Positions 51,996 to 64,000 of a DNA stretch of 64,000 nucleotides are shown here, piece by piece (position 1 is the first letter of the stretch; every line of letters starts with the position of its first letter). The DNA lies in assembly GCA_021613535.1 (NCBI GenBank), contig CP075493.1:11532001-11596000 (forward strand), written 5' to 3'. This stretch comes from Adineta vaga. Its lineage: Eukaryota; Animalia; Rotifera. The translations under genes and the position numbers were made by a program. A model generated the notes under the pieces. The model searched no databases, was not told the DNA's origin, and saw only the letters and a list, made by a program, of their open reading frames with translations.

Positions 51996-52749
51996 TGAGA
52001 AAGAAGCATCTTAAGAATACAAAGGAAAGATTTGATTATCATAACTGAATCTTTTACACTCATTATATTTTTATGAATATAATCGTGATTATTCATATAC
52101 TTCAATGAAAAATATACTGATATGTATCCTTACAAGAAAAAGATTGTCTAAACTGGAAGTTGTATGATATATAGTCATATGAACCTAGTTTGTAATAAAT
52201 AATTGATACGATCGTGTAATTGTTCATTATAATACTTTTCAAAATGATCTTATAAATATTTAACAAATTCTTACGATATATTTCCAAAATTAATACTAAC
52301 TCTACGTGTCAATTGTTTATACTATTGGCTTATAAACTTAATATTCTCTGGACATGAGAATATTTCCGGTACAAATTATATTGTATTTTTAGGTGTTTCT
52401 GTTAGCATGTTCACTATCGTTGTCTGCAATGTCAGATTGTATGAAACGAATTAAATTCCATACTGCTAAATCTATTTCATTGTTAATGTAACGTTTGACA
52501 TTATTAAATAAGAAAAAATGTTGATTATTGGTTACAATTTCACACATATCATTCTCTATATAAATATCATATAAACAATCGTAAACGTTCATTTTGTTTA
52601 TTTTATAGGATTGTTTCATGTAATCTTATCGTTTTAAACTTTAAGAATGTATTTCACATTTTGTTACACACCTTTTATATTCGTATTTAGTTAGTAATGA
52701 CGATAGTTTCTCTTATTCTATGTCCTTCAACCACCTCTATATTTGTGAA

Positions 52750-52769
52750 AGAGAGAGAGAGAGAGAGAG
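52750..52769. repeat. (GA)n microsatellite
   Basis: agagagagagagagagagag. Confidence 0.9.
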
Positions 52770-53049
52770 TATCAGGTGTGTTTAGAAAGGATTTAACATT
52801 GGTCATGTATTCTCTGTAAATCACCTGTTTGCAACATCGTCTAAAGATGTGTGACTTAAATAATCAAAAGAAAAAGAATGAATCTTTCTTACGACAATCA
52901 GCTTAGATGATAACATTTGACTTTACTTAGAATATAAAAAAAGAAATGAATGTATGCGTATAGTTGCAAATAAATCTCAATATTATATTCTAATATCAAG
53001 AAAAAAAAGTATCTTAATATTTGAACTAATCTTGTTTTTAGATATCCGA

Positions 53050-54240
53050 ATGATTGCTTCATTCGTTTGTTTTCGGTTTTCAATCATTATTTTATTCATT
53101 TGTTTGATCAATAATACACACAGTGATCTACTTTCTTCCTTAGAATCAACTATAATATCACATGGTGGACAATAAGTATTACGAATAACTGATCCAGAAT
53201 ATAAAACGGCAGCTACTCTTCATAATAGACGAATACAAACATGGCCGGATCTTATAATACGTCCTGCAAGATGATTATTGTAGTCATCAAGGTATTGTTA
53301 TTGATTCGATACTTTTAAAAGGTCTTCAAGTTGATTGGACAGCTGAAACAGTAACTGCAAACAGGTGTCATATGGGCCGATATTTATAAAGTTATAAATG
53401 AATCTGAATATGTTATATTGGATGGATTATGTCCAACAGTGGGTGTTGTAGGTTTCACATTGGGAGGTGGTTATTATGCAATGTATAGTCGTTCATATGG
53501 CCTTGCATATGATAATGTTCTTAATTTTACAGTAGCATCATACAATGGGACGATTGTAACAGTATCATCGTTAATAAATTTAGATCTATATTGGGCATTA
53601 CGCGGTGGTGGAGGGGGAGATTTTGGTTTTGTTCTAGAAAGGACACAAAAAATACATCGAATTACTGAAACTAAAATACCTAATGGTTAGTATTCATTTT
53701 GAATATAACATGGATTGATGTTGATATTCGAGCAGCTCTTAAAAATTGGTCAACATTCTTAAAAGATATCGCTGATAATGATACGCGTATTTCTTTCAAT
53801 ACAATTGTCATTATTAATGGTCGTAGTAACATACTTATTATGTTTTGTTCATTCAATGGACCAGAAGAAGAAATTGCCTCTCTATTTGGTTCATGGTTAT
53901 CAAAATATCCTAGACCAACCTTTAATAGTCGGTATAATTATTCACAAAATGATATAGCTAGAGAACTGGCGATTCCATTTCCTGTCGTCAATCGAGAACA
54001 TATTGCTTCAGGATGGTTATTGATATTACTGATGCTGTGTTAGATGTTAGTAGATAAACAACATTTCTACTGCTGATATGGGCTCAAGGACGGAACTTAT
54101 TTATCTTCGACATTCAAACAAAGATTAATCGATGCAGCAGCACCAACAAAAAGTATTGTCGGAGCATATCTGAATTATATTGATCCTCACTTACCAAATT
54201 GGCAAACGATGTATTGTCGAGTCATTGGAATCGCTTAAGA
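53050..54240 (+). pseudogene. Secreted FAD-linked oxidase (berberine bridge enzyme/VAO-PCMH family), decayed
   Basis: Signal peptide; WPDLIIRP; GLCPTVGVVGFTLGGG; YGLAYDNV; DLYWALRGGGGGDFG; GAYLNYIDP..NWQ; multiple stops, frameshifts and loss of the RGGGH region. Confidence 0.88.
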
Positions 54241-55848
54241 GAAATTCAAATAAATCAAAAACGTTATTACTATCATTAGTCTTACTATATTGATATGGTT
54301 GCAACATCTTAATTACAGGGATTTCTGAATATTTCTTTAAATAATGGAAGAATAACAGCAACAGTCGAATTATATCTTTGAAATATAGACTTTTTTTTTA
54401 TTGCAAGAATACAATTTAGAATAACTATTATGATGATCAAATCAAATAATATCAGTTTTATCCTATATCAAGAAAAAAGATCAGTGTTTCGTAGTAATGA
54501 ATTGTTAACTTTTTACAAAACAAATGCATTCATATAACAATAATAATATATTGACAGATGATGATGTTGAACATAAGACAATACTGTATTTGTTAGATAC
54601 ATATTAAACAGTATTACGTAAGTTAAGAGAGACTTTTCATCAGATGAATTTTTTGTTAATAATATTACCAATCAAATCAAAAGATAATCCATGCTCACTT
54701 TATTTACCAATACCACACGCATATGATATATTCATTCTATATTATGATATCTTCCATAATGTATAAAAAAAAATAGTGCATTACCATGTAACGTCTCGCG
54801 AAGAATTCTTTTAAATGTCTTTCAATCTTTTCACCATTATTAAGTTTAACTTATTGTAATCTAGATCAACAATATTGTGTTCCTATGACTAATTCATTCA
54901 TATACTGTTAATATACGATTTGTTTTATGAATGGTTTTCTTCAAACATTCTTATCCTTCACTTTTCTTTCAATTTTTTCATTGCTTACACCTCTTAGACT
55001 CTAAAACATATTAATAATTCACAATAACAAATAATATTCATCACTCGCAGTAGTTTCTACATTTCAAGAAAATATGAAAATTTTGTTTACTGACAAAGAA
55101 ATAGTATATCGAATTATAACGTAATTGGATGTCAATACAATGTTTTGTATCTTATTTGCAGTATAATAGTTTAAAGGTTTCACCTTATAATGTACTATTT
55201 TAGCAAAATAAAATTGATTATTCATCCTGCAATACCAAAATGACATTTGCATATTGGTAATGCATTCTTTTTTTGGTAATAATGTACTTTTTACGAAGGT
55301 TTTTTTTAACTTTAACACTTCACCTGTGTAACACAGTGAAAGAGAACGAGAGCGAGAGAGAAAAAGAATGACAAACAAACTTGGTATTTCTATAAAGAGA
55401 AAGAGAACAGAAAAATTTATAAGAGCGATCAGACGATAGTCACTTCTTTTATTACACACATCGAATATTCGAAAATAATACACTGAGGTACGCAAAACAT
55501 GTTTAGATAGATTACATTTTTGTTTTTAAAACTCATGTGTGTAGGATGAAACCAAATCGTCGAATATCTTAGTACTATAATAGAAAGATTAACCTAGAAT
55601 TTAAATAAAAAATATATATCCCATATAAACAAGTGTAGGCTGGAATTAAACTTGAAAATAATTCCAATTTTCATAAAGAACAGAATGTATAAAACCTGTC
55701 AAAAGAGAAGAAAAAAACAAAACAACATATTTCTCTCCTTTCATTCAGAATTCAATAATATAATACGAATAGAAACAGGCAGACTCTACTCTTAGAAGCT
55801 ACGTTGATACATTTTTATTAAAATTAATTTTAGTATTTTAACATTATC

Positions 55849-56703
55849 ATGAGATCATCAAATAGATACGATGCGAATGAATATCATACTGAAATAGTTA
55901 ATGGTACTTTCGATGATTTTCAACCACGACCAGTCAGATCTCAACCTCAACCAATCCGAACAATAGCATACGATCGAGAATATCAATACGAAGACAAAGG
56001 AAGTAATCGTTCTTATCCAACTAATCCACCGTAAGTATCATATTTCTCTCTCTCTCTGTTTATATGAATAAGAAAAATCCTAAGAAGCAAGGTTTTTTTT
56101 CTTTTTGATCTAGTAAAAACAGTTCTAAATATTGTACAAAACGATGTTTAATTGGATTTGGGATTGGTCTACTCCTTGGCATTCTAATTTTGATTGCTGT
56201 AGTAGTACCAGTTGCTGTACTTACTCGGTGTTCTTTAGGTGAGAATGAAAAGAAAGCATGCGCCTATCAATATAAATTTCTCTTTCTGTTTTTATCAAGG
56301 TACAACCGCTTCCACAGCTAATTGGGTAGGTACATTTCGAATGGATGGTTCATGCGATACAACTACATGCTGTTGTTTTACCAATCAAATTACCTTAATT
56401 CAAACAAATAATAATCAACTACAACTTTCAGGTTCTGTTAGTGGTGTCTGTTCAAATTTGATATCTACTGTTTCTCTAACACAAACAATGCCGACAGGTT
56501 TTCAAACATATTTTACATGGTCTGGAGAAACAATTCGTGCTCGATTAGGTCAAGATAATTCTTACATATCATTAGTGAATATACTCCATGGTACATGTAG
56601 TACTAATGGATTAAGAACATCGTATAATGGTGGTAGTATGATAAACATGAATTTATATTTGATCGTGTTTATTTCACTAATTACTATGGGCAAAATAATG
56701 TAA
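55849..56703 (+). CDS. Type II membrane protein with a Cys-containing ectodomain and a C-terminal hydrophobic (GPI-signal-like) tail
   Basis: Exons ~55849-56030, 56113-56238, 56300-56703; TM LIGFGIGLLLGILILIAVVVPVAVL; ends SYNGGSMINMNLYLIVFISLITMGKIM*. Confidence 0.7.
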
Positions 56704-56849
56704 CACGAAATGAACGAACTGCTTTTGATTATATTTTCAGTAGTTTTGTCTTTTCTTGTGAATTATGTTTATTAATAAATGTCTTCACACAACACTTTTC
56801 ATACATGCGCAGCTATCGCGAGATATTAAAAAAAAGTAATTTATCATTT

Positions 56850-58458
56850 TTAATAACGTAAAAATTTTTGAATTCTATGATTGTTTGTATCTGCAACATA
56901 TAAATTGAGTTGATTATCCAATGTAATTCCATTAGGTGTGTTCAGTAACGTCGAAGTAGAACCACTTGAACTTGTAATACCAGCAATCGTTATTCCTTCT
57001 GTTGATCCAGCCATAAATAATTGTATACGATGATTATTTCTATCAACAACATACATATTACCCATTGGATCAAAAGTCATTTGTTGAGGATTGTTGAACA
57101 GTGTTACATTATTACCTGATCTTGCAGTTCCACTAGCATCACCAGCGAGAATTGTCCAATTATTTGCACCTAATCCCCATCGAACAATATTGTGGGCATT
57201 ATTATTGGCAATAACAAGACTATTTGATAACGTATCTAGGTATAAACCAGCAGGTTTCCATAACTGTGTGCTTCCAGCACCAAATGTGCCATTACCAGCT
57301 GCTAATGTCCCTGTACCTGCGTTCAGTAAATAACTCATCACACGGTTATTATCAAAATCAGCAATATAAAGTGTACCCGTTGTTTCATTACGTGCAAGAC
57401 CAACTGGAGTACTCAATGTATTATTCGTACGCCCAAAATACCTAAATAAAATCTGATTATTCAAGAAACAAAAGAATAGGTTTTTCATCGGCATACCTGT
57501 AGAACTGCCAGCAACTGTTATTCCACTAAATGCACCATTGGACCAATATTGAACACGATTGTTACCAGAATCAGACACATAAATACCATTGGAGGAATCA
57601 ATCAGGATGCATGATGGTGTTTTTAATTGACTGGGTAACGAACCTCCTATTCCATTTGTTTCACCGGCTACAGTCACACCAACAGAATTATCTAGTTCAT
57701 ATTTCTGTATTCGATGATTGTCACAATCAGCAGCATAGAGTATATTTGGATAATGCCATATTATACCTTTCGGATGATTCAATTGATTGCTGGCATTACC
57801 AGCTGTATTTGATAAACCAGTAACTGTTATTCCCGTTGTATTCCAACGAAGTAAAGGTGTCGAACCTATAGAGTCAAATAACTATACTATCTGCTAACTA
57901 TATTTACCGTACCTGACACTGGCATTGTTTGCCTTTTTGATTTATACAATATTTCAATTAGAGTTGCCGCAATAGCAATAACAACAAGTCCAGTAATACA
58001 TACAGAAATAAGTATTCTTCTTACGGAACATCTTTTATAAATATATTATAGATCAAACAGCAAATTCAGTAATGAATATTATAAATACTTACAGTTTCTT
58101 TTTATGCTTTTTCGTTGTTTTATGATGGATCTTGTGTTACCTCTTTTCGATCTGACCTAATATTTATTGACTGGGTTTTCAATTGAGAAAATAAGATTTT
58201 ATAAAATAAACAAATATATTAATTTTATCTTACTTGAGATGGCACATGATCGTATGGCTCGATTTTAGTATTACTAAGTGACTGGAATGATTTCTGAACT
58301 TTGTTGTTTGTTGAAATCTATATACGAATTCAATCATACAAAAAAGAAACGAAAGAGATCATTTCAAATCAGACTGTATGTAACTTTCGACAAGAATCAA
58401 CTGTTGGTTTGTGTCTTACGGGTCGAACAGTAATATGTATAGGAGAAGATCTTTTCAT
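56850..58458 (-). pseudogene. Type II membrane NHL-repeat (beta-propeller) protein, apparently disrupted
   Basis: NHL repeats (LYVADTNNHRIQKF etc.); TM exon ~57913-58031; predicted TAA at 58120-58122; splicing the 55-nt intron 57442-57496 leaves a 1-bp frameshift. Confidence 0.7.
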
Positions 58459-58917
58459 TTAGTCTTTGATTATACTGATGAAATGTATTTTGACTACTAA
58501 TATATAATCTGAACTATATTTTATACATCTAGAAACTTCTAATAGAAAAACAAAGATTGTTTGAAGGGACGCAATCACTTTTTTTTTATTAATGAATAAT
58601 ATAATTATTTGTGAGAACGAGAAATATTTTATGTTTTCTTCAATCAAGAGAAATCATAGGAGAAATATTCAATCTTCTGTTTACTCTGCCATAAAATATA
58701 GGTTACTTTCATCAATCGAACTTTATAAAGAAAAATTTGAATGTGAGAATATTGATACTAAACCATGATGTATACTATTTGAACATCTTATCTTCTATTG
58801 TTAACGTAGGTTACATACAATGTGTAAAATTAAAAATTTGATCTACGGAAGATTTTCTCTTTTTTAAACGCTCAATATGTAATGATTATTTTTGATAATC
58901 AAAAGAATAGGAGCATC

Positions 58918-58977
58918 TTGAGGGTGTGGGTGTGAGTATTTCGTCTTTCAAATTCACCCTCACCCACACTCACACCC
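58918..58977. repeat. Short inverted element with telomere-like termini (copy 3)
   Basis: TTGAGGGTGTGGGTGTGAGT ... TTCACCCTCACCCACACTCACACCC. Confidence 0.75.
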
Positions 58978-58984
58978 GACTTGA

Positions 58985-59760
58985 TCTTCTACTAACAACA
59001 ACAACACCAACGTCTCAAAATATCTCTGAATTATTCTCATTTACTCAACTTAAAAAACTTTCAATTACTTCAACTTCTACAAAAACAGAAAGAATGCCAG
59101 GATTGGTCTCATTTATATGGCAGCCAAATAGTTGCCTTGAAAATTTATCGGTTTCTAATTGTTTCATATTGGATCGATACGATCTGTTTCTTAGTTAATC
59201 ATGTTCTCTCATATGGTTAATGAAAATTTACACGTCTATCACTTGATTTGGGTCATATTTGTATCACTATTGCGTTAATGCCATTTGTACCAGCTCTTGA
59301 ACATTTTGAGGTTCATCTCCATGACGTCTACAATGTGCCTTCAATTTTTACGCCGCAGTTCTTGGAAAAAAGAAAAGAGTGGCCCACAAATGTTATATCG
59401 TTACGTTTTATCGCTTATGATAAACTAATGGATACAAGAAGTTTCTGCAAATTTGTGAAATGTTTTTCTTCATCACTCGAACATCTGTCATTCTATATGC
59501 GCACACATTAACGTTTTCTTATGTCGACACAACACACATTCGAGTAACATTTACTCGACTACTTATCACGTTTAAAATACATCGACTTTTGTATCTACAA
59601 TGGATTGATGAATTTTCAAAATGATCGTCGCACAACATTTGATTCTTGGACAAAAAAACTAGTTGTTTCAGTATATCATTCGCGTAGATTTCATACACGA
59701 TTCACGCTTCCATTTAGTTTCGATCGTCTCGAGTATGTATCTAACGATTTTATTATGAAC
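58985..59760 (+). pseudogene. 5'-truncated relic of an F-box/LRR-like gene
   Basis: LKKLSI..LENLSV..LEHFEVHL..LEHLSFY..LKYIDF..FTLPFSFDRL with several stops and frameshifts. Confidence 0.55.
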
Positions 59761-60232
59761 AACTATACGATATGTAATTAAATGTATGAATCAATAACTC
59801 TCAGAGTAATAAGAAAATAGACATTCTACATGGATTATAGTTTGTTTCGATTATTAATAGTTTATATGTATGATGCTTTGACGTTCGTTCAGTGATTATT
59901 ATGACACATCAAACATTCGAACAAATATACACTTATATCAATTTAGAATGCATAGAACATTTTTTATATGAATCTTTATTTCGTCGTGCTAGCTTCACAC
60001 TATGATAAAACAGAACGATTATTGGTCTATATGTGCATAAGAAATCTTTTCTTCAGAATATCTCGTGTTTGATCTTTTTGTCTAAAAATAGTACGTAGGT
60101 AAAAAGCGAATCATTTTATGCTTATTATTTTCAAACTACTTCTCTCATAAATGCATTCTTTATATGGCTTTTACTTTAAGCACAATTGTAGTTGTTGATC
60201 TAAGTATAAATATATCATATATTCGATTTGAA

Positions 60233-60616
60233 ATGACAATAGCAAGATGGCGCTGATTACGAATATACAAATGGAACAAAGTCCTCATCTATCATATAGA
60301 TCCAAGTAATTTTGGAAAATTAGGAAAAATTTCGATAAATAATGCTCATGATGTTTTAATAGCAATTTTTGACAAAATATGTTACACAGATCAGCAAGCT
60401 ATTGTAACAAAAAAAAAGGAATCAAAATTAGTAGTTGGAAAAACAGTTGTTACAAAACTTGATCGATCATCAAATCGCACTTTAGTTATTTATCAGTATG
60501 GTGGTGAAGAACATGAATCATTATTATTAGCTATATATTTTATTATTATAAGAAAACATGATATAAAAGGATATTTATGTGATGAAAAATATTCAACAAT
60601 TTACTATTGCGAGTGA
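60233..60616 (+). pseudogene. 128-codon single-exon gene with a TGA at codon 8; possible LURP-one/tubby C-terminal-like fold
   Basis: TATAAATA at ~60205, ATG 60233, TGA 60254-60256, then 119 open codons ending ...EEHESLLLAIYFIIIRKH...YYCE*. Absent from the ORF track. Confidence 0.55.
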
Positions 60617-61282
60617 AGCCAACAGATATTTTTCTTGATGAATAATCATTTTCTACGGATAATTTTTTCTTCTGTATGTTTTTTTTTGTTTCAATGATTT
60701 ACTATGGTTAAATAAATAAATATCAATTAACAAAATAAAGAAAAAGAACAACTAGGAACTTTATAGAAAGTCGGTTCAAGGCTTCTGACTTAACTCTTAT
60801 ATGCTCTGTTTAGTAGGTGTTTATCAGTAGATTTGTTTTATTTATTGTTTTTGCTCGAAATTTTATCAAGATGTGTGTTAGATTTTCTCCTTGTATTTTA
60901 TCTCCATTTCTTTTTCTATTGGTCATTAACTTTGTTAAAAGCAGTGTAGCACATATTTCTGTATGTGTATTCTCTTACTCATAGATAAGAGTCTTGTAAG
61001 AATAGATTGTATGCTTGCTTTGCTCGTATGTCCGCACTTCTTTGACTGATCAAAAAATAAGTTAGTTCTTGTACATTGTATACATGATAAGATCAGTAGC
61101 TCAGCAGAAAATGGGTTCTACGAGAAAGAGCGGACCGAGTCCGTCGACGAGCGTTATTTGTGTATAATAATTCGTTTTTTTTTAATGAAACGGATATATT
61201 GACTAAAATGAAAATGTATACTATACATTGAATAATCGATTATTGATAATTATTTATGTAACCCGAAAAACAATTCTACACA

Positions 61283-62903
61283 TTAAAATATAGTTGTTTG
61301 ACGATCATTATTCATTGTAGCATTTTGCCAACTATACAATTTTGAACGTACAAGTCTATAAAGCATTTCAATAATTTCAAATAATGATAAGAAACTAATA
61401 CCAATCCAAAGACCTGTTTGACCACCAATATTTGAAATAAGCTCTACAAATGTTATTGATGCTTGCTGAGTATAAATCTCAGTTCGAGTTGTTTCACAAA
61501 CTACTTCCAATGAAATATAATTAGCTGGAATTTCAGTTGACCATATGGTCGACCAATTTGTTGGCAAAGGAATTGAAGATGATTCAACAAATTTTTTGAT
61601 ATTTTTCAATTGAAATTCAATGGGTGCTACTAATGAAGATGATTTAATATTGAAAGTATTAGTTATACATTCTGGACCACATTCCGAACACGATTCATCT
61701 CTTGAAAAATTTGGATTATAAAATTCGCTGGTTACACGAGAACAACATACATTTGTCCAATTACATAGTGATGCAGTGATGATTTGATTGCTATTAGGCA
61801 ATTCAATAAAACGTGTTGCCCAATTAGTCGGACCGACACATCCACATTTTTCATAACTATACAATAGAATATTTTCATTTATAGTGAAAATTATCTATAA
61901 ATACATACATCATTTTTTGTAAACAAATATTATAGCAAACATATTGTGTATATGCATAATCATTACTTTGATATCGATCAAATGTTGTTCGCATAGCAAG
62001 ACTAATATGATTTGTACAAGATGTATAAGGTGGTGGCAAAAGTACATTAGTTCGTTTTGTATAACTCAATTTATGATTTCTTCCAGGCGAAAGTTGCATT
62101 CCTGATAAAGCAGTCACAGGAAATTGAATATTATCATGAACTAGTACCATCATACCAACTCCTACAAATATATACTTCTATATAGAAAAATATTGACTCA
62201 TAATCAGACAAATATATTTACCTTTAGTTATATATGGTACATATTGATGACGATGTACATAGAAAGTTAATTCAAATGTTCCTTCACCAGCATTATCTAA
62301 TGTATATCTAATATGATTATCATTACTACTGGTATTTTTTGGTTTAGCATTAAATGTATAACAAGTGCCATAACGAAGTGATGCAAAACTTGTGAAATTA
62401 ACTGATGAACATGCCATGTTATTATACGAACAACTCATTAACATTGATTCAAGTGGAAAAGAAAATTGACTTAAAGTTTCTTTACGATCGAGAGTGTCTC
62501 TTAGAAAATCACGAACGTATAAACTTTCGGTTTCTGAAAATTGTGTTGCATTTGAATAATCAAGAAATGGATCAATAAATTTTGAATAAACAAATGGTGA
62601 ATAATTACAGATTGTAACAGCTGGAAACGCTTGTGGCCATTCGGTAACAATTTCGACAGATATTTGAGAAGGATATTGAAAATAAACAATAATCGATGCT
62701 ATAACAAGATAAAACATAATACCAATGAAAATGAAAAGTGAAATAGACCAAAATATACGATTCGATATACTTTGACTACTAGCAATACGAGGAATGCCAT
62801 GAGTCGATGTATTTAAACTAAATTCTCTAATTATTGAACGACTTCTCTGTTGTCTTGCATTTAATTCCAATTTTTCAGTATTATTTTGATTGATATTCAA
62901 CAT
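61283..62903 (-). CDS. DEG/ENaC (ASIC-like) amiloride-sensitive sodium channel subunit
   Basis: STHGIPRI pre-TM1, FPAVTICN, YGTCYTFN, Cys-rich thumb, NIGGQTGLWIGIS TM2; three exons. Confidence 0.95.
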
Positions 62904-63084
62904 GAATCGTTCGATTTCGATTATATTTTATGAATATTATTCGTGTTTTATATTTATTAACGAAAAATAATATTTACTTTGCTCAAACCATATAAATCAT
63001 TCATATACTCTCAAGATTATTTTATACATACAGAAAATAGAACCGATTTTGTTCTATTTGATCCGAATGTATACTCGCTTACAT

Positions 63085-63809
63085 TTACACTTTCAAGTTA
63101 TAAAGTACATCAATATCAAAAAACATTCTTAGATTCATTGAAATTTACGTCAACATTATTTCGCTCACTATGTAAATCGTTTTCATAACGAATTAACTGT
63201 AAAAAAAAAGAATCATTCGGAAGTGCGATCGATCGTCGTTCAATTAAATGACCATATGCATCTTGGACATTATCATGATGAAATCTTAAATTAAAATAAG
63301 ATTTATGTATTCTAATGTCGAGATTGTGAATATAATTCTTACTTTAATAGATAAGCAAGAATGATAGAAGATGATCGTGATACACCTTTTCGACAGGTTA
63401 CAAGAACAGTGTGATTATTTCTTCTACAACGATGTAAAAATTCATTTGTTTGATCGAAATATTGACGAATATTAACATTGTTCAAATCTTCTACATTAAT
63501 CCAAAGAACTTCAAGTTTCTTAACAATATCTGATCTCAACCGAACATCCGAAATGTTAATAATATGTCGAATATTTAATTCTTGAAGTAAATTCATGTTC
63601 CTCGCATGTTCTATCGTTCCATGGTATAGAAAATTATCAATAATCATTGATGGATACAAAAAATTTGGTCGTTTAAATGAAATATCTTTTCGTATTAATT
63701 GAAATAAACGTAATTGTTTTAAATAATTAATTTCTTCATCTGTAGCTTGTATCAAATGTATTGCATCAGTATTGATTTGAAGTTCTAAAGTATCTTTATT
63801 CTTTGACAT
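63085..63809 (-). CDS. Atypical dual-specificity phosphatase
   Basis: IIDNFLYHG, IRHIIN, VED, VLVTCRKGVSRSSSIILAYL; second exon ...ERRSIALPNDSFFLQLIRYE...LKV*. Confidence 0.88.
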
Positions 63810-64000
63810 TTCATCGAAGTGAAGCACTTTTGAAATATATACTATAGAATTTAAACAAGAAAAATAATGACGTAATTTTCTACTCTTACACAATCTTTAT
63901 ACATTATTTCGAAATTTATAACACATTTATCATTATTTGCGAAGAGAATGTCATAGAATCATACTTTTAGTTAAGATCAAGTGTAAATTTCTATACGCGA

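Noticed and set aside
52102-55495. AT-rich ORFs 52102..52287, 52389..52619, 52898..53083, 55064..55495
   Set aside because: Low-complexity I/F/Y/K-rich translations typical of chance ORFs; no domain signal.
24751-60616. Alternative genetic code or selenocysteine explaining the in-frame stops
   Set aside because: All three stop codons terminate intact genes here, internal stops are of all three types, and they co-occur with frameshifts.
1-64000. Prokaryotic origin, CRISPR array, rRNA or autonomous retroelement
   Set aside because: Spliceosomal introns and metazoan genes throughout; no repeat-spacer array, rRNA, reverse transcriptase or transposase motifs seen.

Overview
AT-rich eukaryotic (animal) genomic DNA with many ~50-60 nt GT-AG introns. 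The gene repertoire (ART-TPR protein, NHL-repeat proteins, REJ/GPS/PLAT polycystin, LamG, orphan GPCRs, DEG/ENaC, genes of probable foreign origin) and (TGTGGG)-type motifs point to a bdelloid rotifer, probably Adineta-like; this is inference. About 25 genes or gene relics are recognisable. Main points: (1) a tRNA-like gene at 51912-51995 with a leucine/serine-type long variable arm but a Phe (GAA) anticodon; (2) an intronless HEPN(RNKLAH)-TPR-SEL1-TPR-MYND protein, with an R-S-E ADP-ribosyltransferase-TPR gene, an ADP-ribosylglycohydrolase and an LRR gene in the same 27 kb segment, which is bracketed by an inverted gene duplication showing a gene-conversion-like identity step and a microhomology-flanked deletion; (3) three short inverted elements built from telomere-like GGGTGT/ACACCC repeats; (4) a polycystin-1-like gene with two NHL propellers; (5) a RING/TRAF-zinc-finger protein fused to a microbial-looking domain; (6) many genes with nonsense codons or frameshifts. 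Exon boundaries and family assignments were read by eye; no searches were run.
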